Part shown: positions 7,987-15,568 of the stretch, one piece after another
How the letters are laid out: each line of letters opens with the position of its first letter
Numbering within the stretch: position 1 is the first letter of the stretch
DNA from: a virus
Taxonomy: Duplodnaviria > Caudoviricetes
Virus record (IMG/VR): IMGVR_UViG_3300042807_000312
Location: 1 to 43,588 of that record
Direction: 5' to 3' (one strand)
Length of the DNA stretch: 43,588 nucleotides
Made by a program: the position numbers and the translations under genes
The notes under the pieces: generated by a model
Database searches by the model: none
Told to the model about the DNA's origin: nothing
Seen by the model: only the letters and a program-made list of their open reading frames with translations

Positions 7987-8859
7987 TTGAGCGCCCATCG
8001 CCCACGGATCGCCCTTCTGCCACCGCAGGGGGGCATTTCATTCGATGAGCCCAGCCATCGCTACTGGGTCTGGTCGCAGCGCCGTGAGCGGTGGCTGCAG
8101 CCGCCCAGCTGCTCGCAGGTGCTGGGCCTGGCTGGCGCCAAGGGGTTCGACCCTGAGCACTGGCGCCGCAAGCTGATCGAGCGCGAGGGCATGCGGCCGG
8201 CTGAGGCCGAGGCCTACATGGAGCTTCATCGCAACGGTCGGGCGGAGATCGGCACCGAGCTGCATGCCCTGATCCGTCAGGAGCTGCTGGGCATTGCCGC
8301 GCCGCCGGTGCGGTTCGCTGAATCGCTGATGCTGCTGGCCACCTGGCGGCGGTTGTTCCTGCCGCAGATCGAGGAGGTGATCGCCTGCGAATCACCGCTG
8401 GCCAGCCTGCGGCTGTTTTATACCGGCACGCCGGATCTGATCGCCCGGGTGGCTGGCCAGTGGCTGATTGTGGATTGGAAGAGCAAGGTGTCCGCCGAGA
8501 AGGCCAAACCTGATCAGGCATGGCCGCTGCAGCTAGCGGGCTACGACCTGCTGGCCAACGAGCGCTACGGCATCCGCCTTGACGGGGCGATGAATCTGAT
8601 GATCTGGCCCGGCGGCTGCGAGGAGGTGTTCTGGCCAGCCGAGAAGATGGCCCAGTTGCGGCGCCGCTACATCGGCCACGTCGCCTGGGCTCACGCCGTT
8701 CGTGGGGTGGGTGGTGATGCTGCAGCTACTGGCGCGCTGGCGCACGTGCTGCAGCTCCACCCCGGAGCGCTGGAGCTGGCCACACCACCATCAGGGCATG
8801 GCGCTTGGTCGGTGGCGCAGCTGCTGGGCAGCGATCACCCGTCACTAGGCGCTGATTGA
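7987..8859 (+). CDS. PD-(D/E)xK exonuclease (Cas4/YqaJ-like phage recombination nuclease)
   Basis: FDEPSHRY, GTELHALI, YTGTPDLI, IVDWKS, LQLAGY motifs. Confidence 0.85.
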   Translation: MSAHRPRIALLPPQGGISFDEPSHRYWVWSQRRERWLQPPSCSQVLGLAGAKGFDPEHWRRKLIEREGMRPAEAEAYMELHRNGRAEIGTELHALIRQELLGIAAPPVRFAESLMLLATWRRLFLPQIEEVIACESPLASLRLFYTGTPDLIARVAGQWLIVDWKSKVSAEKAKPDQAWPLQLAGYDLLANERYGIRLDGAMNLMIWPGGCEEVFWPAEKMAQLRRRYIGHVAWAHAVRGVGGDAAATGALAHVLQLHPGALELATPPSGHGAWSVAQLLGSDHPSLGAD

Positions 8860-9029
8860 CGCTGAGCACGCGCTTGCCGGCGCATGTCGTCAAAGATCAG
8901 CTGGCGCAGGTATCCGGCCCTGGTCACGCCCCGCAGCCCCGCTTCACGGTCAAGGTGCTCGACCTGCTCAATCAGGAGATCGAAGGTGCAGTGGTGGTGG
9001 CCAGGCTTGACGGGTGTTGCGGGCATCAT
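8835..9029 (-). CDS. ribbon-helix-helix (CopG-like) regulator
   Basis: CTFDLLIEQVEHLDREAGLRGVTRAGYLRQLI pattern; lone minus gene with TAGAGT -10-like box upstream. Confidence 0.7.
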   Translation of the reverse strand: MMPATPVKPGHHHCTFDLLIEQVEHLDREAGLRGVTRAGYLRQLIFDDMRRQARAQRQSAPSDG

Positions 9030-9055
9030 CGGTTGCTCAGTGGATTCACTCTAAG

Positions 9056-9079
9056 GGGTGCAGGATGGGAACCTATGAT
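9056..9079. promoter_or_regulatory. GGGTGC-N5-GGGAACC element between divergent -10-like boxes
   Basis: GGGTGC AGGAT GGGAACC TATGAT; same element at 9332, 12262, 16951 (reverse) and 19135. Confidence 0.7.
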
Positions 9080-9103
9080 GGGGCATCACACTCGCGCCAT
9101 ACC

Positions 9104-9322
9104 ATGAGAGGCCGCAAGATTCCCAGTGGTCACAGCTACGCGGTCAGGCTGACGCCTGATCTGGTGATGATGGCCAAGGAGTTGGGCAGCGGCTCGATCG
9201 CTGCTGGCATTCGCCGGGCGATCCGCAGCTGCAGCGACCGCGCCGCCAAGCCGGTGCCGCTGAGCATGATGTTGCGCTCCGCTGCTCATATGGCGGCGGA
9301 CCTTGAAGATCGCGCAAAGTGA
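9104..9322 (+). CDS. small RHH-like DNA-binding protein (MRGRKIPSGHSYAVRLTP...)
   Basis: YAVRLTPDLVMMAKELGSGSIAAGIRRAI; ATG 25 nt after TATGAT. Confidence 0.6.
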   Translation: MRGRKIPSGHSYAVRLTPDLVMMAKELGSGSIAAGIRRAIRSCSDRAAKPVPLSMMLRSAAHMAADLEDRAK

Positions 9323-9331
9323 CGCCCCTAT

Positions 9332-9362
9332 GGGTGCAAATGGGGCGCCCATGCGGTAGGGT
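9332..9362 (+). promoter_or_regulatory. conserved phage promoter/operator copy
   Basis: GGGTGC AAATG GGGCGCC CATGCGG TAGGGT. Confidence 0.7.
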
Positions 9363-9387
9363 GGTGGGGACCACTCGCCATGCAGTG

Positions 9388-9717
9388 ATGGCCAGCCATC
9401 AGGCGCCCTGCGCGCCACCAGGAACACTTGAAACCCTCCGGCAGTGCTTGGATCAGATCATTACTGAAGCCTCAACCGACCTAGACGTTCTGGCAGCGGC
9501 ACGCAATGCCGAGCTGGATGCACGCGAACGGGAGCTGGCACTAGCAGCAGAAGAAATCTGCCCGCCGGTGCTGGACATTGGCATCAGCCTTGGAATTGAA
9601 CGCGAGCGGCAACGGGTAATGGCATTGATCGAACGTCAACTCGATCACTTGAATCCTGGCGTCACCGTGATCGTATTGGAGGCCCTGCGCCGGCAGGTGC
9701 TGGAGGTGGAGACGTGA
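9388..9717 (+). CDS. hypothetical coiled-coil phage protein
   Basis: ORF 9319..9717 trimmed to ATG 9388 downstream of the promoter element; GTGA overlap with next gene. Confidence 0.65.
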   Translation: MASHQAPCAPPGTLETLRQCLDQIITEASTDLDVLAAARNAELDARERELALAAEEICPPVLDIGISLGIERERQRVMALIERQLDHLNPGVTVIVLEALRRQVLEVET

Positions 9718-10007
9718 GTACCATCACGATGTGGCGTCTTATGTTTGGCAAGATCGACCCTGTTCAGTGCGCCAAGGTCACAGCCGGCTGCGTGTGGCCC
9801 GTCGAGCGCAACGGCCGGCGTGAATCGCGAGCAACCGATTGGTTCAGTTACCACGAAACCTGGGCCGACGCCCACGCCGCAATGCTGGCCAAGGCTGAGC
9901 AAGACATGTACGATGCCCGCCGCAAGTTCGAGCGCGCACAGGGCGAATACGACCGGATTAAGGGCATAAAGGCGCCCTTGGGGCACTCTGGCGGGGGGTT
10001 GACATGA
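9714..10007 (+). CDS. hypothetical phage protein
   Basis: Coupled overlaps at both ends; GGAGG upstream. Confidence 0.7.
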   Translation: MSTITMWRLMFGKIDPVQCAKVTAGCVWPVERNGRRESRATDWFSYHETWADAHAAMLAKAEQDMYDARRKFERAQGEYDRIKGIKAPLGHSGGGLT

Positions 10008-10186
10008 CCTTCCAAGCCCTATCTGAGCAGCGCTGCTCCAACTGCCGCTACAGCTGGATCACCAAGCCAGACGCCTTCTCCTGCCATCGCACCCCGCCCC
10101 AGATCGGCCCACGCGGTGAGCAGTGGCCAGCCGTCGAGCCTGATGACTGGTGCGGCGAGTGGGTCTCCCAGGAGGCCCAGCCATGA
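10004..10186 (+). CDS. small Cys-rich phage protein (CxxC...C..PP...WP.V..DDWCGEW)
   Basis: Recognisable small phage Cys-motif family; coupled overlaps. Confidence 0.75.
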   Translation: MTFQALSEQRCSNCRYSWITKPDAFSCHRTPPQIGPRGEQWPAVEPDDWCGEWVSQEAQP

Positions 10187-10308
10187 CCCTCGCCATCCTC
10201 ACCGGCCTGCTGCAGATCATCTGCGTTGAGGCCGTAGTCGGCGTGGCTGTTGTGGCCACGTCCCTGTGGTGGGCAGCATGCCAGCGGTTGAACGGGGAGG
10301 GGGAGTGA
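10183..10308 (+). CDS. small membrane protein (41 aa)
   Basis: Read manually: MTLAILTGLLQIICVEAVVGVAVVATSLWWAACQRLNGEGE; ATGA overlap upstream, TGATG overlap downstream. Confidence 0.6.
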   Translation: MTLAILTGLLQIICVEAVVGVAVVATSLWWAACQRLNGEGE

Positions 10309-10457
10309 TGCTCTGGTATACCCCACCCGCGATCCTCGCCGCACCGCAGGGCTACCAGCCCGCTGCCGGTACTGGCGGGTTTCTGCTGCAGCAGCCCGCA
10401 CCGGATCTGGTGCTGGGCAATCCGCCGTTCTCGGTAAGGCCTGATGTTCAACCCTGA
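10308..10457 (+). CDS. 49-aa mini protein composed of N6-adenine MTase motifs X, I and IV
   Basis: MLWYTPPAILAAPQGYQPAAGTGGFLLQQPAPDLVLGNPPFSVRPDVQP; TGATG coupling and G-rich RBS-like sequence upstream. Confidence 0.6.
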   Translation: MLWYTPPAILAAPQGYQPAAGTGGFLLQQPAPDLVLGNPPFSVRPDVQP

Positions 10458-11865
10458 TTTTTACCCGACCCCGCCCGAGGTAGCGGCCACCATGCTTGAC
10501 CCGCTCGACCTGCGCGGCCGGGTAGTGGTCGAGCCCAGCGCCGGCAGCGGCAACCTGGTGAGCGAGTGCCTGAGCCGTGGCGCCGCTGAGGTGCTGATGG
10601 TGGAGCCCGAGCCAAAGCTGCGGGCGATCCTCGCGGCGATCACCGGCAGCCGCCTGATCAGCAACGACTGGCTGGCGGTCACCGCTGAGCAGATCAGCCA
10701 TGTCAATCTGATCGTGATGAACCCGCCCTTTTCGGCGGATGAGCGGCACATCCTGCACGCATGGGCCATTGCCCCGCCAGGCTGCGAGATCGTGGCGCTG
10801 GCGAACTGGAACAGCATCTCTGGCCACTACCGGGGCCTGCAGCTCCAGCTGGCGAAGCTGATCGAGGGCTACGGCAGCAGTGAGAACCTGGGCGAGGTGT
10901 TCGCCGACTCCGAGCGCCCCACCCGCGTCAGCGTCGGCATGGTTCGGCTGACCAAGCCAGGCAGCCGGGCCGGGGCTGACGAGTTCGACGGGTTCTTCCT
11001 CGGCCCGGATGACATCGAGGCGCAAAGCGAAGGCCTGATCCCCTACCGCCGCAGCCGCGACATTGTGAACCGCTACGTCGAGGCCTGCCGGATCTTCGAT
11101 GAGCAGGTGGCGGCCGGCGTGCGGTTGCGGTCGGTGTTGGATGGGTTCTTCGGTAAGGATCTGGGCCTGCAAGTCACGATCGAGGGCCAGGCTGTCACGC
11201 GCAACCGCTTCAGGAAGGATCTGCAGAAGCAGGCGTGGAAACACGTCTTCGATGAGTTCCTGCCCCAGCAGATGGCCACCAGCCAGCTGGCCAAGGACAT
11301 CAACCGATTCGTGGAGGAGCAGAGCCGAATCCCGTTCACCGAGCGGAACATCTACCGGATGCTGCAGATCGTTGCCGGCACCCAGGAGCAGCGGATCGAC
11401 CGGGCGGTGGAGGAGGCGATTGACAGCCTGACCCAGTTCACCAAGGAGAACCGCTACGGGGTGGAGGGCTGGGCCACCAACTCGGGCTACATGCTCAACC
11501 GGCGATTCATCCGGCCGTATCTGGCCGAGCTGGCCTACAGCGAGCCGCGCAAGGTGCGCATCAGGAGCCACGGCAGCCAGTGGGACGAGATCCAAGACCT
11601 GATCAAGGCGCTGTGCTTCATCACCGGCCGGCCCATCGAGGAGGTGCGCTTGCCGGAGCGATTCAACGAGAACCAGTACTGGCCAGGCGACTGGCACGAC
11701 TGGGGATTTTTCCTGTTCCGCCCGTACAAGAAGGGCACCGTGCATTTCGAGTTCAAGGATCAGGAGGTGTGGGCGGCGCTGAATGCCCGCTATGCCCGCA
11801 TCAAGGGCCAGGTGCTGCCAGAGCAGCAGCGCCGCAGGCCCACCCGTAAACCTGCCGCCGCATGA
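10444..11865 (+). CDS. class I SAM-dependent DNA (adenine) methyltransferase with DUF4942-like C-terminal domain
   Basis: DFYPTP, EPSAGSG, MNPPF; C-terminal FRPYKKGTVHFEF. Confidence 0.85.
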   Translation: MFNPDFYPTPPEVAATMLDPLDLRGRVVVEPSAGSGNLVSECLSRGAAEVLMVEPEPKLRAILAAITGSRLISNDWLAVTAEQISHVNLIVMNPPFSADERHILHAWAIAPPGCEIVALANWNSISGHYRGLQLQLAKLIEGYGSSENLGEVFADSERPTRVSVGMVRLTKPGSRAGADEFDGFFLGPDDIEAQSEGLIPYRRSRDIVNRYVEACRIFDEQVAAGVRLRSVLDGFFGKDLGLQVTIEGQAVTRNRFRKDLQKQAWKHVFDEFLPQQMATSQLAKDINRFVEEQSRIPFTERNIYRMLQIVAGTQEQRIDRAVEEAIDSLTQFTKENRYGVEGWATNSGYMLNRRFIRPYLAELAYSEPRKVRIRSHGSQWDEIQDLIKALCFITGRPIEEVRLPERFNENQYWPGDWHDWGFFLFRPYKKGTVHFEFKDQEVWAALNARYARIKGQVLPEQQRRRPTRKPAAA

Positions 11866-12010
11866 CCATGACCCACCCCTACGACGAACCCTGGTCCTCC
11901 CTCTCCCCGAGGTCGAGGCCCTGCGCCGCCACCTTCGCCCTGGCGAGGGAATGAATGATCTGATCCGGCGGATCGTGGCTGAACGGATCAACACCACCAC
12001 ATCTCAATGA
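11862..12010 (+). pseudogene. RHH-like gene with apparent 1-nt frameshift just after the start
   Basis: ATGA-coupled start at 11862 is one base out of frame with PPLRRTLVLPLPEVEALRRHLRPGEGMNDLIRRIVAERI; one extra C in ACCC (11871-11874) restores MTMTPPLRR. Confidence 0.5.
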
Positions 12011-12291
12011 TCACCCTCACCACCCCCACCCAACAGGCCCTGGGCCGGATCGCCACAGCGCCCGCCACCAGTGACCAGGCCAAGTGCACGCCGACACCCT
12101 CCACCCGGCTGGCCCACGCCGCCTGCCCCATGCCTAGCAGGTGCCCTGCGCCCTGCATGACCTGCACCACCGTTGCCCGCAACGTGGCTGCAGAGCTGGC
12201 GCAGATCCTCAGGGAACGGCACGGCGGCTCCAGCCAGGTGGCGGATTGGTTGGACGGTTTGGGGTGCAGATCGGGCACCCATCCGGTATGA
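12007..12291 (+). CDS. hypothetical Cys-rich phage protein
   Basis: ATGA overlap; C..P..CP.PC.TC cluster. Confidence 0.6.
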   Translation: MITLTTPTQQALGRIATAPATSDQAKCTPTPSTRLAHAACPMPSRCPAPCMTCTTVARNVAAELAQILRERHGGSSQVADWLDGLGCRSGTHPV

Positions 12292-12292
12292 T
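12262..12292 (+). promoter_or_regulatory. conserved phage promoter/operator copy
   Basis: GGGTGC AGATC GGGCACC CATCCGG TATGAT. Confidence 0.7.
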
Positions 12293-12332
12293 TCCACCAC
12301 GGGCGCACGCCCGCCACTCGCCATTGATTGCC

Positions 12333-12518
12333 ATGACCACGACCGTTCTCTGCACCGTCCTGGTGCTGCTGCTGTTTCCGCTGCTGGTGCTGCTGTGGGC
12401 CACAGAGTCCCGCCAGCAACGCGCCCGCCGCTGGCGCCGCGACGGGCTCACCTATCGGGTGATCGCCGAGCGCCTCGGGTGCAGCCAGACCACCGCTCGC
12501 CGGCTGGTGGCAGCCTGA
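12333..12518 (+). CDS. membrane-anchored helix-turn-helix protein (61 aa)
   Basis: N-terminal hydrophobic VLCTVLVLLLFPLLVLLW followed by GLTYRVIAERLGCSQTTARR HTH. Confidence 0.75.
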   Translation: MTTTVLCTVLVLLLFPLLVLLWATESRQQRARRWRRDGLTYRVIAERLGCSQTTARRLVAA

Positions 12519-12543
12519 TTATTCACCCCATTACGGGGACACC

Positions 12544-12945
12544 ATGACTGACAACATCAGCGAGACGCTTCGCCTGCACGAGCTATGGCTTGCCAATGAT
12601 TCAACTGGCATCCGCGCCAATCTGTGCGGCGCCAATATGTACGACGCCAAAGGGTTGCCAATTGCTGCAGATCATCTACAGAGGCTGCGTGCGGTTGCCA
12701 GTGAAGTGCTGGCCGGCCCTCAAAATCTTCACATTGCAAACTGGCATCACGACTGCGGCACTGCTCACTGCTTGGCGGGATGGGCTATTCACCAGGCTGG
12801 ACCGCTAGGTGAAGTTTTGGAAAAACTTCATGGCCCATACATAGCTGGATTGCTGTTGTTAGGCGCTGATGCTGCTGAGCATTTCTATGACAGCAATGAG
12901 GAAGCGATTGAGTGGCTGAAGTCTGTTGCACAGGAGGCGGCATGA
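12544..12945 (+). CDS. pentapeptide-repeat-associated phage protein with minimal repeats
   Basis: LRLHELWL...ANLCGANMYDA then WHHDCGTAHCLAGWA and HFYDSNEEA. Confidence 0.7.
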   Translation: MTDNISETLRLHELWLANDSTGIRANLCGANMYDAKGLPIAADHLQRLRAVASEVLAGPQNLHIANWHHDCGTAHCLAGWAIHQAGPLGEVLEKLHGPYIAGLLLLGADAAEHFYDSNEEAIEWLKSVAQEAA

Positions 12946-13301
12946 CCACATCACGACGAGCAACAGAGACGAACTGGGCGCACGTCGAGCTGTGCGCCGG
13001 GACCGGCATCGTGCCGAGCTGCACGGCTGATGTGATCCGTGAATTGCGCTCTCGCATTGAAGCGCTGGAGGCATCGGCACATATTGGCCAGCTCGCCGCA
13101 CCAGCCAATACCGAGGCCCGGCCTGCTGGGTTGGTAGAGAGGGTGGCAGAGGCGATGGGCCCCCAGAGTCGAGCTGCTCAGGAAGCCGGGGAACTTCCTT
13201 ACAGCACAGCACGCGCCGCAATCCGCGAAGTGGCGGCGTGGCTGAGGGCAGGACTGATGCTGCACGCTGCTGAGCTGCTGGAGCAGGAGGCCAAAAGATG
13301 A
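12942..13301 (+). CDS. hypothetical phage protein (ARAAIREVAA module)
   Basis: GGAGG RBS and ATGA overlap; start trimmed to 12942. Confidence 0.7.
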   Translation: MTTSRRATETNWAHVELCAGTGIVPSCTADVIRELRSRIEALEASAHIGQLAAPANTEARPAGLVERVAEAMGPQSRAAQEAGELPYSTARAAIREVAAWLRAGLMLHAAELLEQEAKR

Positions 13302-13807
13302 CAACTGATTTCCGAGCCCTGTGCGCTGAGCTTTACTCCGCAGTTCAGCTATACACAGGTCAGAACCCGGCATCTGCAGAAACTCCATCCAATCAGTTAG
13401 TTCGTCAGCTCATGGATGCGATGGCCGCCACGGCAGCCGCCCTGGCCCAGCCCGAGCCGGTGGGGCCGCTTGAGGTCGAAACCACCTACGGCAGTGAACA
13501 CGCTGCCGCCGCCCAGCAGATCCTAGACGGTCGCATGGTGGTGGAGGGCACCTTTGAGCACGGCGGCGAGACCTATCGGTTCAAGGCCAAGCCTGAGCGG
13601 GAGGCCGCCATGGACGAACTCCGCGCCGCCAGCGCCGAGGCCCGGCCTGCTGTTGCTGGGTTAATGGAGCGGCTGGGGGAACAGGGCTACGGCAAGACCC
13701 ATGCCCGCGCCGCCATCCGCGAAGTCGCAGCGGCCGCCAAGGATCTTCGGTTCACCACCGCCAAGGCCCTGATCGCCTGGCTGGAGAGGGAGGCGGATCG
13801 TGGCTGA
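13298..13807 (+). CDS. hypothetical phage protein (MTTDFRALCAEL..., ARAAIREVAA module)
   Basis: Coupled overlap; shares C-terminal module with upstream gene. Confidence 0.7.
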   Translation: MTTDFRALCAELYSAVQLYTGQNPASAETPSNQLVRQLMDAMAATAAALAQPEPVGPLEVETTYGSEHAAAAQQILDGRMVVEGTFEHGGETYRFKAKPEREAAMDELRAASAEARPAVAGLMERLGEQGYGKTHARAAIREVAAAAKDLRFTTAKALIAWLEREADRG

Positions 13808-14030
13808 ACTCTCCCCAGCGGCTCAGGAGATCTGGGACGCCTTCAACGAAGCGGCGGAACGTGTCGGCACGTTTGAGGATTACGGCGACGCCCTGGCCGC
13901 CGCCTTCCGCGCTGCTGCTGATCAGGTGGCGTCCCCTATTCCAGACGACTGCACTGCTGACGTGTTCAACCGCCAGCTCAAGATCCGCTCCGAACTCCTC
14001 GCCCTCGCCACCGAACTGGAGGCCCAATAA
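13800..14030 (+). CDS. hypothetical phage protein (LSPAAQ...LAAAFRAAADQV)
   Basis: GGAGG RBS, overlapping start. Confidence 0.7.
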   Translation: MAELSPAAQEIWDAFNEAAERVGTFEDYGDALAAAFRAAADQVASPIPDDCTADVFNRQLKIRSELLALATELEAQ

Positions 14031-14173
14031 TGCCCCGCCTCTACCACGTCCAGACCACCCACGGCCCCATAGAGCTCTACGCCATCACCCAGGCCCAGGC
14101 CATCCGCACTGCGCTGGAGCTGGCCGGGCCTGGCGCCAAGGTGATCAGGGCTTGGCGGGAGGGGCACTGGTAA
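14030..14173 (+). CDS. small hypothetical protein (47 aa)
   Basis: Read manually: MPRLYHVQTTHGPIELYAITQAQAIRTALELAGPGAKVIRAWREGHW; TAATG coupling. Confidence 0.65.
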   Translation: MPRLYHVQTTHGPIELYAITQAQAIRTALELAGPGAKVIRAWREGHW

Positions 14174-14383
14174 TCACAAGCCCGGCTCATCACACTCCGA
14201 AGGCCCGCGCCGCGGCTGCTGTCCCCCACTCGGGAGCTGCAGTCCGCGGCGTTGGCATTCCTGGGCGAACTGCGCCGCTGCCGTGTGCCGGTCGCCGTCC
14301 GCCACGCTCACCCCGCCGCCCTGCACCAGCCAGACGGGGATGCCGTCGCGGATGATCAGCTCAGTGGTGGGAAGGTAAGCCAT
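14174..14383 (-). CDS. small hypothetical protein (WLVQGGG motif)
   Basis: Last gene of the minus operon; paralogous to 21372..21560. Confidence 0.6.
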   Translation of the reverse strand: MAYLPTTELIIRDGIPVWLVQGGGVSVADGDRHTAAAQFAQECQRRGLQLPSGGQQPRRGPSECDEPGL

Positions 14384-14391
14384 GGTTTAGG

Positions 14392-14862
14392 TTACGGTTG
14401 GAACAACACGCAGTCCTTGGCGAACCCTGGGCCCTCTTCCTGAGGGTCAGGGAATCCCATGCCGCAGCTCTCGCCATTCCACTGCTGGCACGACAGGCAG
14501 CTAGGTCCCTCGATGGTCGGCGGCGGCGCATCATTGCCCCATCGCGCCACCTCTGGCACCCTGTTGCGGTGCAACATGCCTCTCCTGATTTGGCGGACCA
14601 GCTCGGCGCTGCAGCCCAGCTCCTGCGCCATGGCCGCGTTCGAGCATTGCGTCAGCAGCATCCGCCGCAGCACCGCATCGCTGTAGCGATAGAACGGCCT
14701 GAGCGGTGGCGCAGACATATCCCGTGGCCTGTCGCCGACGTACTCCGATACGGCGAAGCAATCGTGACAACGGATCATCCGCCACCGTTTACCCCCGGAG
14801 TTGATTCGGGATCTGATTGTGGCGGTATTTGTTGACCCGCACGACAGGCAAGCGAAGCTCAT
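14392..14862 (-). CDS. Zn-ribbon / HTH protein (NrdR-like N-terminal ribbon, C-terminal Cys cluster)
   Basis: CLSCGS...RCHDC; NAAMAQELGCSAELVRQIRRG HTH; CLSC...CGMGFPD...DC. Confidence 0.7.
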   Translation of the reverse strand: MSFACLSCGSTNTATIRSRINSGGKRWRMIRCHDCFAVSEYVGDRPRDMSAPPLRPFYRYSDAVLRRMLLTQCSNAAMAQELGCSAELVRQIRRGMLHRNRVPEVARWGNDAPPPTIEGPSCLSCQQWNGESCGMGFPDPQEEGPGFAKDCVLFQP

Positions 14863-15371
14863 TCCTTACTCGCCATCACCGTCAGGTCGCCGTTGTAGCG
14901 GCCACTCTGCGCATAGCTCACCACGGGCCGTTCGCTCATCAGATGAAATACGATCTGGCCGATCTTCATTCTAGGCCAGAGCCTGACCGGCCACAGTTGG
15001 CGAGAGTTGTGCAGCTCCAGGGTGAGCACGCTGCCGTGCCACCCTGGATCACAGTACCCCGCCATCAGGTGCTCCAGTCCCTCGCGGGCCCGGCTTGACT
15101 TGAGCATGAACTGCGCGGCGATGTCATCCGGCAGGTTGAACATCTCCACCGTCTGGGCCAGGCAGAACTGCCCCGGCTTAAGCTCATACGGATCATCCTG
15201 GCTGTGCCGGTGCAGCGGGTAGTGCACTAGCTCGGGCGATTGCGCCGATTCGATCAGCAGCAGGTCGCCAAGTCTTACGTCAAGGCTGGCGGGGTTGACC
15301 AGCGCCGGGTCAAACGGTGTGATCATGCCGCCTTCACAGCGGCTGCGGATTTGGTGGTCGGCCAGGATCAT
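14859..15371 (-). CDS. dcd: dCTP deaminase
   Basis: MILAD, NPASLDVRLG, LKSSRAREG, AGYCDPGWHG, LTLEL, KIGQIVF, GRY; start trimmed to 15371. Confidence 0.92.
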   Translation of the reverse strand: MILADHQIRSRCEGGMITPFDPALVNPASLDVRLGDLLLIESAQSPELVHYPLHRHSQDDPYELKPGQFCLAQTVEMFNLPDDIAAQFMLKSSRAREGLEHLMAGYCDPGWHGSVLTLELHNSRQLWPVRLWPRMKIGQIVFHLMSERPVVSYAQSGRYNGDLTVMASKE

Positions 15372-15568
15372 GCCTGAATTGGTGCAGACGACAGATGGAT
15401 CTGTGGGATGCACCACTCATGACCATCACTGTCTACAAGGTAGTAGTGCGGCCAGCCGGCGGCACCACGACCCATGGCGGAGGTGATGATGGCGGGCTCT
15501 TGTGGGTGGCCGTAGATATAGACGTGATCACCTGGGCTGAAGCGCCAGGGGTTGGTGTTGCGGGTCAT
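15368..15568 (-). CDS. small hypothetical protein (SH3-like beta pattern)
   Basis: WRFSPGDHVYI...PHYYLVD...W.IPQIHLS; coupled overlaps. Confidence 0.7.
   Translation of the reverse strand: MTRNTNPWRFSPGDHVYIYGHPQEPAIITSAMGRGAAGWPHYYLVDSDGHEWCIPQIHLSSAPIQA

Noticed and set aside
2584-8521. Long alternative ORFs such as 2584..3318, 5882..6685, 7060..7998 and 7697..8521
   Set aside because: Opposite strand to well-supported primase, helicase, ERF/SSB and exonuclease genes
7987-8859. Cas4 as evidence of a CRISPR system
   Set aside because: No Fe-S cysteine set, cas genes or array; context is ERF/SSB recombination
10048-12000. 650-aa minus-strand ORF
   Set aside because: Antisense shadow of the methyltransferase in GC-rich DNA; no recognisable motifs
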